Positions 8,199 through 16,875 of a stretch of DNA of 25,547 nucleotides are shown here, in pieces. The notes under the pieces are model-generated. The model saw only the letters and a list, made by a program, of their open reading frames with translations. It was not told where the DNA came from and made no database searches. Made by a program: the position numbers and the translations under genes. The DNA is from Candidatus Thorarchaeota archaeon SMTZ1-45 (lineage in GTDB: Archaea; Asgardarchaeota; Thorarchaeia; Thorarchaeales; Thorarchaeaceae), in the NCBI GenBank assembly GCA_001563335.1, contig LRSL01000008.1:1-25547 (forward strand), read 5' to 3'. Every line of letters starts with the position of its first letter. The first letter of the stretch is position 1.

Positions 8199-8726
8199 TT
8201 ATTGCCATTCCAATCTTTCGCAATCCCATTCTCTCAGAGTTCTGCTTAACTCACCAATATGCCACATGCTATGCCGCATTGTATAGAGAAACTTGGCTAA
8301 TCGAGATGGTTGCCATTTTGAAAAGCCATCGGTTTCAAACATATCATCATCTGTAAATGTCCTCAGTTTGTTTCTGAGTTTCATCTTTGTTTCCTCTAGG
8401 TATGCTATCATATCATCCTTCTTGATTCGTGATGCAGTTATTTGCGGACTTTCTTTTCTCCAATCGATTCCACCAATTCTTCCTCCCCATTTCATAACTT
8501 CTGGTTCGTCAGAACTATAGAATTCTACTGTTTGGATGATGTGAAAGATTCTTTCTGAGAAATACCAAATATTTTGCCCCTTTACTTCAGCCCATGGTTT
8601 ATCAATTACCTCTATACCCACATCCCATTTATCATCTGGAACATTCTCTATGGATTGACGCAACATCAACCAACTAGATTCGAATTGCTCTATTAGCTGC
8701 TCTATTATTCGCTTCTCACTACTCAA
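8199..8726 (-). CDS. DinB/YfiT-like four-helix-bundle protein
   Basis: N-terminal L...I..VPDDKW, IFHII and C-terminal HSMWHIGEL give the His triad of the DinB superfamily; GAGGT RBS. Confidence 0.8.
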   Translation of the reverse strand: MSSEKRIIEQLIEQFESSWLMLRQSIENVPDDKWDVGIEVIDKPWAEVKGQNIWYFSERIFHIIQTVEFYSSDEPEVMKWGGRIGGIDWRKESPQITASRIKKDDMIAYLEETKMKLRNKLRTFTDDDMFETDGFSKWQPSRLAKFLYTMRHSMWHIGELSRTLREWDCERLEWQ

Positions 8727-8807
8727 TTCTCATACCTCGCAAATAATCTCAGAGTGAAATTCAAGGTTCTATATGTTCTCCTTTTTGAAAAATAGTTGGA
8801 ATCCTAT

Positions 8808-9845
8808 CTAGAATCGACTTCTCCTTTTGGGATATGGTGTGAAGTGCTTTCTTTGTTTGGTGCTGAACCATTCAGTTGAAGCATCAATATTCCTTAATGA
8901 CCGAAGAATATCAAATGAAACCCAACGACTAACCTCTGGGTGTGAAGAGTATTCCCAGAGTCCATACTGACCTTGCTGTTCTAGAATCCATTTCACAAGC
9001 TCATCAACTCTAGGGTCTTCTCGATTAGCACCTACCCTTGAACAGATGTCTAGAACTAATGATGGATCGAATTTAGCATGATATGTGAGACCACCTCGAT
9101 GTGGCTCTACACCAATATATCTGGCGACATTGAATCCAAGATTGTTGCGGTCTCTTGTTTCTCTTCCAAGAAGATGGTCTAACGCTTCTCGTGCTTCAGT
9201 GCTATTGTTACGTTTTGGATGATATGCGAAACAAAGCAGCGACTGAGTTGTATTGGTCCTGCAACCCCATTGAGAGTATGGCAGTCTTCTGTATCCTGCA
9301 ATTCCAACAAAGACATCTTTGACCTTCCCTGCGGGCCATGTTCCATCTTCAAGGCGTACATTCAATAACCACTCAAACGCCCGCTCTGAACGAGAATCTT
9401 CCCCATATCCACACATCACTAATCCAAGAAGAGGAATTGAAGTTTGAACTGGAGACATAGTATACGGTCCTCGAGTATACTCATAATCAGCAACACGCTC
9501 AGGTAAAGGCCAAGAACCATCCTTCCTCTGTTTGGAAAAGATGTACTCTACTCCCCTTTTTATAGCTGGATGGTCATTGTTTAGTCCCAAATACCCTAAA
9601 CGCATAAGGGCTGCAGTTGTGGCTCGAATTGCCCCACCAATAGTATATCCTGCTTGATCTAGTTCTCTCCATTTTCCGCTCTCTTTCTGTAGATTGAGTA
9701 GTGATGTGATAATTGGATCTTCTTCTCTGAGTTTCACAAGTTCTTTTGCCTCGTTATCATCTGAATTACGACCAAGTAGCTCAGTCAACACCAAATATCG
9801 AAGACTTGGAGACCTGTCTGCTAACAAAAGTGGTACCCAAGTCAT
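8808..9845 (-). CDS. Prenyltransferase/squalene-hopene-cyclase (QW) repeat alpha-alpha toroid protein, function unknown
   Basis: Repeated QW-like motifs: LLNLQKESGKW, IFSKQRKDGSW, LLNVRLEDGTW, ILEQQGQYGLW. No DxDD cyclase motif is visible. The start overlaps the uvrA stop (ATGA at 9842-9845). Confidence 0.8.
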   Translation of the reverse strand: MTWVPLLLADRSPSLRYLVLTELLGRNSDDNEAKELVKLREEDPIITSLLNLQKESGKWRELDQAGYTIGGAIRATTAALMRLGYLGLNNDHPAIKRGVEYIFSKQRKDGSWPLPERVADYEYTRGPYTMSPVQTSIPLLGLVMCGYGEDSRSERAFEWLLNVRLEDGTWPAGKVKDVFVGIAGYRRLPYSQWGCRTNTTQSLLCFAYHPKRNNSTEAREALDHLLGRETRDRNNLGFNVARYIGVEPHRGGLTYHAKFDPSLVLDICSRVGANREDPRVDELVKWILEQQGQYGLWEYSSHPEVSRWVSFDILRSLRNIDASTEWFSTKQRKHFTPYPKRRSRF

Positions 9846-12800
9846 ATTCTTCCCTCCAGGATCCCTTTGATGTATGGGGATGTTGGTGTATCCATTTTGG
9901 AGATTTCAATTGGATTGCCTTCTGCAATTACTAGACCACCTTCTGGCCCACCCTTTGGTCCGAGCTCAATTAGCCAATCACATGCAGCTAAAACATGGGG
10001 GTGGTGTTCAATCACAAATACACTGTTCCCCTCAGACACCAGCTGATGCAAGACTTGAACTAATCGATTGACATCTTCAAGATGCTGACCTACAGTTGGT
10101 TCATCAAGAATGAAGAGCGTCCCTCGTTGTGATTTCTTGGTTAGTTCTTGAGCTATTTTGAGTCTTTGAATCTCACCGCCTGATAGTGTCCAACTTGGCT
10201 GTCTAAGGACAAGGTAGTCTAATCCAACATCCAATGCAGGACGAAGTTTGGTTTCAACTCTCTCTTCGTCTTTGAATAGCTCATAGATCTCTTTCAGAGT
10301 AAGATTATTCAATTCTGGGAGGGAATAGCCCTTAACCATCACATCCCAAGCTTCAGGGGATCGACCACTTCCAGCACATACTTCACACTCTGTGTAAACT
10401 GTCGGTAGGAACCCAAGATCTGTCCGCAACCTCCCAGCTCCCTCGCAGATTGAGCAGGGTTGACTTAACTTCTTCTTGTCAAGATCAAGTGAGATTGCAT
10501 CCTCGCTTTCAGCGTAAACATCAACAAGGACCCTTAGAATATCTAGCGCTTGACCAGGTGAGCGAATACCCTTTCGACCTTGATCGAGAACTATGACTCT
10601 ATTGGGTTCATTCCTTATGCTGTCATATTCTTCTGGCTCAGTTTCCTCATATGCTACACTCGTTGTGAATTTCTTGGGGGCTATTGCACGAGCTAGAGTA
10701 TCAATAAGCAACGTACTCTTCCCAGATCCTGATACTCCGCAAAAACCAACGAGAACACCTAGAGGTATCTCAAGAGTTACATTTTGTAGATTATTGCCTC
10801 TTGCTCCAACGATCTTCATCCATGCAATGGGTGTTCTTGGAGATGATGCGAAACTGAACCTTCTATCTCCTTTCAACCACTTTGCAGTTATTGAATCGGT
10901 CTTTGCTACAGCAGATGGACTTCCCTTAGCCACAATTCTACCTCCTTCTGTTCCTGCAACTGGACCCATGTCAATCAGCTCATCCGCAGCTTTAATGATT
11001 GCTAGATCATGTTCAACAACAATTGGAGTGTTCCCCTCAATCTTGAGCTCCTCAAGAGCATCCAAGAGCCCGTCCACCTCTGAGGGATGCATCCCGCGTG
11101 ATGGTTCATCTAATAGAATAGTCAGAGAAGTCATACCACTTCCTAACAAGCTGGATAAGATGATTCTCTGTGCTTCCCCTGCTGAAAGCGATAGTGCTGA
11201 TTGATTTAGATGAACATAACCAAGTCCAACCTGTTCGAGAAATCTTACACGTTTCAATGCAGTTTGCAAATTGTCTTGGGTGAAATATACATCTGAGTCT
11301 GGAACCTTGAGCTTTAGGAGAATCTTTCTCAATTCTGAAATTGTACAGTTTTTCAGCTGATGTACATTCTGACCCAAGATTTTGAATGCTAGATAATCTT
11401 CCTTAAGACCCGTACCATTACAACATTCGCAGACAATGCGGTTACTGAAAGTCTGACCTACATCCCAATCATTTACAAGTCTATAGAATCCCCACCAAGC
11501 TTGCTTACCAGAAACCTTTGTCCTCTTTCCTCTGCGAGTTCCAAGATATGAGAATTCAAGCTTTTCAGAATCTCCATACAGGAAGGCTCTCTTTCCTTCC
11601 TCTGAGATGTCCTTCCAAGGTGTTGTTTGAGGATCAAATCCATACTTATTACCAAGAGCTATAAGCAATCCTGCAGCCGCACTAGTTGGCTCACAGAAGT
11701 ATTTTCCGGGATAATAACCTGGAGAATACATCGCTCCTAGGCATAGTGGTTTTTCAGGTGCAATAATGAGTTTCTCTGGTGCAGGAATGTTCTTTGTTCC
11801 AACTCCACTACACTCGCTACAAGCAGCATAATATGTGGTCGCGGAGAAAGCACGGGGACTGACTAAGGGTTTTGTTGTTCCACATTTTGGGCAACTCCAC
11901 CTTTCATTCCGCTCCATTCGGGTTCCACAATCAAGACATAGTCTTTCTGCGATTGCCGCGTATAGGACATTGATATGATTGGAAATCTCTGTGACAGTTC
12001 CTACTTTGGACCGACTTTCATAAACTGCCCACCATCCAGCGCCTCTCCTTCGTCTTGAAGAAATCGCTATTGATACTCCCAGACCACTCACGCTGTCTAC
12101 TGGGGCTTCGGGTCCTTCACTTGTTCCCTGGCGCTCATATACTGAAAGCGACTCCAAGAACCTTCTCTCTGCCTCTGCTTGCAATACATCTCTAATGAGT
12201 GATGATTTGCCTGATCCTGAAATCCCTGTGACCACTGTCAGCTTTGCTTTCTTGATATCTACACTCACCGACTTCAAATTGTTGGCTCTTGCGTTCTTTA
12301 TAGAAATCCTATCCGCCCGAATGTTTGTCTTCCCAGGTTGTTTTCGAGGTTTTACTTTCTTCTCATTTTCTAGTGCCTGTGCAGTTTGTGATACTTTGAC
12401 AGCATAGATTCCTGTTGGTGGTCCACAGTATAATACCTCACCACCATCAGGACCTGCTGAGGGACCAAGGTCAATGAGCCAGTCAGCAGATTTTATGATG
12501 TCAGTATTATGTTCAATAACTACAATTGTTGCTCCTTCTTTGACAAGTCTATCAAGAACCGAGAGCAGACCAAACAAATCGTATGGATGAAGACCTGTTG
12601 AAGGTTCATCTAGAATAAGGAGTTTAGATGATAGTGATTTCTTCCCCAAGTATTTGGCCAATTTTATCCTCTGTGCCTCACCCCCAGAAAGACTCGGAGA
12701 GCTCTGACCTAACTTCAGATAACCAAGTCCAATGGTGACAAGCGCATCTAGAATACTCTCTACCGACTTTCTCTTGCTCTCTGAGAGACGTGTATCTTGT

Positions 12801-14731
12801 GTAAGAATCGAATGGACTTCAGAGATTGATAAGTTGTAGAAATCTGCTATGGATAAATCTCGTTCTTTGAATTTAATCCGAGATTGAAGCACCTCTTCAT
12901 TATACCTCTGACCATCACAATCTGAACATGTAATCCAAATTGATGGAAGATAACGCATCTTGACTTCAACAGCTCCCATCCCTTGGCATGTGGGACAAGC
13001 TCCTTCAGGTCGATTGAACGAGAAGTGTGAAGCCGAGAGACCAGTTTCAGAAGCATAGAGGTCTCTAATGATGTCAGAGAGTTTTGTATACGTACCTGGA
13101 TTTGACCTGGGATTCTTGCCTATAGGTTTCTGATCGACCATTACTGGTCTGAGCTTCTTTCCCTCAATTGATTTGCATCCAACTGGTTTACCAGTTTCAA
13201 GTGTGGGCACAAGTACGTGTTGAACTAGTGTACTCTTCCCAGACCCGCTGACTCCTGTGATTACAGTAAGTCTACTCACTGGCATGTCTACAGAAATCTC
13301 TTTCAGATTGTGCTTGGTTGCACCACTAATCCTGATGAACTCATCAGGTTCTGGGTGAGACTTCAGAGTGGGTACATGTTCTCTCAGACTGAAATAGTGA
13401 CCTGTTTTTGTGTCAGCTTTCCAAAGCCCCTGGGGCGTACCAGTGAAGACAATCTTCCCTCCATTGTCACCTGCTTCTGGTCCTAGATCAATCACTCTGT
13501 CTGCATGAGACGCAGCAACTCTGTCATGTTCAACAAAAACAACCGGACCAAGCAGCTTTCTAAATGAAGGCATTAGCTTTGCAACATCTGCTGGGTGTTG
13601 TCCAATTGTTGGTTCATCCAATACATGTACAATATCTTCGAGTCTGCTAGTCAAAGAAATTGCTAATCGTACTCTCTGCGATTCTCCTCGAGACAGTGAT
13701 GGTGAAGACCTGTCCAGTTGAATATATCCAAGTCCAACAGTCATGAGTGCTTCAATTCTTCGGGAAATCTCAGACTTCAACCTCTTTGCAGTCGTAGGGA
13801 GTTGGACATTATTGAAGATGTCATGAACTTCTGAAACTGTCAATGTAAGCAACTCTGGAAAGGACCTTCCCTCCCATAGAACATTAGCAGCCATTTGATG
13901 TAATCCTGAGTGGTTGCATTTTTCGCAACCTTTGCCCTCACAATGAATACACTTCATCCCAAAATGCTTAGATTCAACATTGCTAAACCAAGTCCCACAT
14001 TGAGAACATACACTACTCAAAGATAGGTTTCTAGATGTATCATTATAACTAACCAATACAGAGTCAGAACCCAATTCATATGCCTTTCTAATCGAATCCC
14101 GAACTTCTGAGGTTCTTGATTTTGAATCAAATCTACCCAATAGAATAGAGATATCATGTGGTTCTTCCGAAATCAGGTCCTTCCTGTCCCATGGAACTCC
14201 ATCAACTAAAACCCTCTCAGATCCAAATTCATCTACGAGTAGTTCCAAGAGCATTTTGTGGCTCCCTTTCACAGATTGAACGAGAGATGAAGCGACCTCA
14301 ACTCTTGTCCTTCTCAATTTCTCATTGATAAGCGATATTATCTCATCCTCAGTCAAGACTTGGAGACTTGCGCCACAGGTCACACAGTAACGAATACCAA
14401 ATCTTGCATAAAGGAGTCTGAAGAAGGGATGCAAACCGGATGCTGATGCAAGCGTTGATAGAGGATTCAAATTGAGAAGGTTCTGTTCCACTGCTATTGT
14501 GGGGCCTATGCCTGTGAGAGATCGGACATTGGCTGGAGGCATGCGAACCCTAGAACTGCTTGATCTAAAGACATCCAAAAACCTGCGACGAGCCTCATGA
14601 TACATCGTATCAAAAACAAGTGATGTCTTTCCCGATCCACTTATGCCTGTCACAACAGTTAGACCATCAGCTATGTCCACATCCACTGATTTGAGATTGT
14701 TCTCACGGGCACCTCGGATTCGGATATCCAT
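9842..14731 (-). CDS. uvrA: Double-length (tandem-fused) UvrA-family excinuclease ABC ATPase with four ABC ATPase domains
   Basis: Four GAxxNNL-type starts, four Walker A motifs (GISGSGKT, GVSGSGKS, GISGSGKS, GVSGSGKS), four signatures (LSRGESQ, LSGGEAQ, LSAGEAQ, LSGGEIQ), four LDEP motifs and UvrA Zn-finger CxxC pairs. The second unit starts near aa 808 (nt about 12310). Confidence 0.95.
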   Translation of the reverse strand: MDIRIRGARENNLKSVDVDIADGLTVVTGISGSGKTSLVFDTMYHEARRRFLDVFRSSSSRVRMPPANVRSLTGIGPTIAVEQNLLNLNPLSTLASASGLHPFFRLLYARFGIRYCVTCGASLQVLTEDEIISLINEKLRRTRVEVASSLVQSVKGSHKMLLELLVDEFGSERVLVDGVPWDRKDLISEEPHDISILLGRFDSKSRTSEVRDSIRKAYELGSDSVLVSYNDTSRNLSLSSVCSQCGTWFSNVESKHFGMKCIHCEGKGCEKCNHSGLHQMAANVLWEGRSFPELLTLTVSEVHDIFNNVQLPTTAKRLKSEISRRIEALMTVGLGYIQLDRSSPSLSRGESQRVRLAISLTSRLEDIVHVLDEPTIGQHPADVAKLMPSFRKLLGPVVFVEHDRVAASHADRVIDLGPEAGDNGGKIVFTGTPQGLWKADTKTGHYFSLREHVPTLKSHPEPDEFIRISGATKHNLKEISVDMPVSRLTVITGVSGSGKSTLVQHVLVPTLETGKPVGCKSIEGKKLRPVMVDQKPIGKNPRSNPGTYTKLSDIIRDLYASETGLSASHFSFNRPEGACPTCQGMGAVEVKMRYLPSIWITCSDCDGQRYNEEVLQSRIKFKERDLSIADFYNLSISEVHSILTQDTRLSESKRKSVESILDALVTIGLGYLKLGQSSPSLSGGEAQRIKLAKYLGKKSLSSKLLILDEPSTGLHPYDLFGLLSVLDRLVKEGATIVVIEHNTDIIKSADWLIDLGPSAGPDGGEVLYCGPPTGIYAVKVSQTAQALENEKKVKPRKQPGKTNIRADRISIKNARANNLKSVSVDIKKAKLTVVTGISGSGKSSLIRDVLQAEAERRFLESLSVYERQGTSEGPEAPVDSVSGLGVSIAISSRRRRGAGWWAVYESRSKVGTVTEISNHINVLYAAIAERLCLDCGTRMERNERWSCPKCGTTKPLVSPRAFSATTYYAACSECSGVGTKNIPAPEKLIIAPEKPLCLGAMYSPGYYPGKYFCEPTSAAAGLLIALGNKYGFDPQTTPWKDISEEGKRAFLYGDSEKLEFSYLGTRRGKRTKVSGKQAWWGFYRLVNDWDVGQTFSNRIVCECCNGTGLKEDYLAFKILGQNVHQLKNCTISELRKILLKLKVPDSDVYFTQDNLQTALKRVRFLEQVGLGYVHLNQSALSLSAGEAQRIILSSLLGSGMTSLTILLDEPSRGMHPSEVDGLLDALEELKIEGNTPIVVEHDLAIIKAADELIDMGPVAGTEGGRIVAKGSPSAVAKTDSITAKWLKGDRRFSFASSPRTPIAWMKIVGARGNNLQNVTLEIPLGVLVGFCGVSGSGKSTLLIDTLARAIAPKKFTTSVAYEETEPEEYDSIRNEPNRVIVLDQGRKGIRSPGQALDILRVLVDVYAESEDAISLDLDKKKLSQPCSICEGAGRLRTDLGFLPTVYTECEVCAGSGRSPEAWDVMVKGYSLPELNNLTLKEIYELFKDEERVETKLRPALDVGLDYLVLRQPSWTLSGGEIQRLKIAQELTKKSQRGTLFILDEPTVGQHLEDVNRLVQVLHQLVSEGNSVFVIEHHPHVLAACDWLIELGPKGGPEGGLVIAEGNPIEISKMDTPTSPYIKGILEGRI

Positions 14732-14869
14732 ACCCTCACAGCACTTGAGGTGATAGTTGTTCTTGAGTATATTTCAATCTCTCGGAAACCAAGAGTGTAC
14801 ATCAGAATTAATTGTGACCAGAAACCTATTCATAATCAGTCACAAATGAATTAGTGAGTTTGAAGACCA

Positions 14870-15568
14870 ATGGAAGAAAAGGAATTCGTTGCTTTCATGA
14901 AGAAGGAAAGAAAGAGTGATAGCACTATAGCTGCATGCCTTAATGACATTATGGAGTTTGAAACTTATCTTGAACAGAAAGGAACATCTCTAGTCAAAGC
15001 TATACCTTCTGACCTAGAGTCATTCGCTCAAGACTACAAAAACAAGAAACGAACATCCAAGCTCATGTGGACCCTCAGTCATTTCTTTGAATTCATTGAT
15101 AACAAGGAGCTATTATTTACAGCAAGAAAAATCAGAAAGGGCAAGATTAAGGCAACAAGGAAACCTTTCAAGATCAAGGATTTTAGAGGTATAAACTCTG
15201 AACATGCAATCAAACTAGCTGAAATTGGTATTGATAATGTTGCTAAGATGCTCGAGGTTGGAAAGACCTCTGAGATGAGACTAAAATTATCCAAGCAAAC
15301 TGGTCTAAACATCAAGATAATTGAGGAAATTGTGAAGCTCTCTGATCTTGCACGAATACAAGGTCTCAAGGGCATTCGTGCTCGCTTATATTATAATGCA
15401 GGCTTTGATTTCTTGGAGAAACTACGTCAGACTTCACCTGAAGAGCTACTTCAAATCACAAGAGAGTTTGTTGAGAGGACTGGCTTTGATGGAATCGCTC
15501 CACTGCCAAAAGAAGCAAAAGGAGCGATTGAAGCAGCAAAGAAACTACCAGACATAATTGAATGGTAA
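14870..15568 (+). CDS. DUF4332-like helix-hairpin-helix protein with an N-terminal integrase SAM-like domain
   Basis: N-terminal KS.STIAA.LNDI.EFE.YL resembles the tyrosine-recombinase core-binding domain. C-terminal tandem HhH segments FKIKDFRGINSEHAIKLAEIGI and SDLARIQGLKGIRARLYYNAGF. No catalytic recombinase domain. Confidence 0.7.
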   Translation: MEEKEFVAFMKKERKSDSTIAACLNDIMEFETYLEQKGTSLVKAIPSDLESFAQDYKNKKRTSKLMWTLSHFFEFIDNKELLFTARKIRKGKIKATRKPFKIKDFRGINSEHAIKLAEIGIDNVAKMLEVGKTSEMRLKLSKQTGLNIKIIEEIVKLSDLARIQGLKGIRARLYYNAGFDFLEKLRQTSPEELLQITREFVERTGFDGIAPLPKEAKGAIEAAKKLPDIIEW

Positions 15569-15580
15569 TCTCTGGAAACA

Positions 15581-16003
15581 TCATTTTGCTGTACTTCTTG
15601 CTATGATTGTTAGAACAAGTCCTAGCGCCCAAATTGAGTGCATTATTAGCCATCCCAAAACAAGAAGACCTAACCATCCCACAGACATATAGACCCATAG
15701 AATTACCAGAATGAAACTGATTAATCCAAACCCTGCTGCTAGCGCAATGATAAACTTACCAAGTCTTACATGAGAGGTTGTTAGTAACCAACCCCCTAGT
15801 ATCACTGCATATCCACCAGCCCAAGCAATAAGACCGAGAACAAGCAATACTATATCGATGATGAAATAAAAAGGTGCGAGTGCAGGAATCAAATGTACTG
15901 CACCATAGATTAGTAATATCGTTCGTATACCATGATCATATCCCGCTAGAATAAGGAACAACCCTCCAATAATACAGAGTGCAAATGGTGTCTGATTTTT
16001 CAC
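15581..16003 (-). CDS. Hypothetical small multi-pass membrane protein (about 4-5 TM)
   Basis: 140 aa, almost entirely hydrophobic and Gly-rich; GTG start with GAGGGAG upstream. Confidence 0.75.
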   Translation of the reverse strand: MKNQTPFALCIIGGLFLILAGYDHGIRTILLIYGAVHLIPALAPFYFIIDIVLLVLGLIAWAGGYAVILGGWLLTTSHVRLGKFIIALAAGFGLISFILVILWVYMSVGWLGLLVLGWLIMHSIWALGLVLTIIARSTAK

Positions 16004-16122
16004 AAAGCTCCCTCTTGTAATTTGTCAAAAAACCTCCTTTTTACACCACCGGATATTCTTTGTTGGAAAGAATCATTAAGACCAATCGCTTGCTTTCTTG
16101 CCATTTCATGGTGGGAAACTTG

Positions 16123-16701
16123 ATGACACCAAGTCCAAAGGCAATAGCTATAGAAACTCTTGAAATCGCAGAATCGAATTTGCTAAATTCATTCATGGGT
16201 GTTCGTCCAGACGAAATCCATGAACAAGCGCATCCCGAGTTCAACTCTATCATATGGATCTTGGGACACTGCTTCACTCATTTCCATTTAGTCCTTTGCA
16301 GCAAATGTCAAGAAACTGAAATATTCACTGAGGATATAGCACACTATTTCAGATTTGGTACAACGAAAGAGGAGATTTCAAAGACTGGTCCTCCTATGAC
16401 ATTTGCCAAGCTCATCGACGAGTATCTCAAGATCTCAGCTTCAGGTTTCTCCTATCTTCAATCAATCGATGATGAGGACCTTGAGAAGGTTATATTTCCA
16501 GAGTATGGTGAGAATCTATTGCAGAGTATCCAACGAATAGGACTGCATTATATGGGTCATGTAGGACAGATTGTTTTGATTCGCAGGGCTTTGGGAAATC
16601 CTGGTGCCACCTTCGTTGGAGGAATTTCTTCAATCGGTCGTTCGAAGATACGAGAAAAATGGGATAAATGGTGGTCTGAGAACAGAAACGATTTTGAGTA
16701 A
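16123..16701 (+). CDS. DinB_2-family protein
   Basis: NSIIWILGH and HYMGHVGQI..IRRALG motifs. The ORF track starts at 16060; ATG 16123 with a GGTGG RBS is more plausible. Confidence 0.82.
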   Translation: MTPSPKAIAIETLEIAESNLLNSFMGVRPDEIHEQAHPEFNSIIWILGHCFTHFHLVLCSKCQETEIFTEDIAHYFRFGTTKEEISKTGPPMTFAKLIDEYLKISASGFSYLQSIDDEDLEKVIFPEYGENLLQSIQRIGLHYMGHVGQIVLIRRALGNPGATFVGGISSIGRSKIREKWDKWWSENRNDFE

Positions 16702-16731
16702 TCACTCACTGGTGAGAGAAAGTGAGTGATT
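16700..16731 (+). terminator. Strong hairpin directly at the stop codon of the DinB_2 gene
   Basis: AATCACTCACT (16700-16710) and AGTGAGTGATT (16721-16731) form a perfect 11-bp stem with a 10-nt loop. Confidence 0.5.
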
Positions 16732-16875
16732 GAGATTGTTAGATGATTTTTCGAATCTCTATCAGTAACCTTATTTTGTGTAATGCAATCGTTTTGTTTG
16801 TAGTCAAAAGACACAGGAGGACTTCTGACTTCAAACCAAATAACTGCGGGACCAAATGCTTTGGAGTAAACCACC

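Noticed and set aside
8199-8726. dinB as DNA polymerase IV (also considered for 16123-16701)
   Set aside because: Both proteins are under 200 aa with His-triad helical-bundle motifs of the DinB/YfiT superfamily and are unrelated to Y-family polymerases, so no gene symbol was given.
8808-9845. Prenyltransferase-fold protein as a Rab geranylgeranyltransferase for the two Rab-like GTPases, or as a squalene-hopene cyclase
   Set aside because: Neither GTPase has a C-terminal Cys. The protein shows no DxC zinc-ligand motif of prenyltransferase beta subunits and no DxDD motif, is about half the length of a cyclase, and is coupled to uvrA.
10593-11204. 203-aa (+) ORF and the other short ORFs nested in or antisense to longer genes (for example 856-1134, 5787-6074, 16557-16961, 17578-17883, 20235-20594)
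   Set aside because: They overlap well-supported genes, lack motifs and RBS, and have the composition typical of shadow frames.
14870-15568. Integrase or mobile element boundary
   Set aside because: Only an N-terminal SAM-like resemblance; no R-H-x-x-R-Y catalytic domain, att-like repeats or adjacent tRNA.
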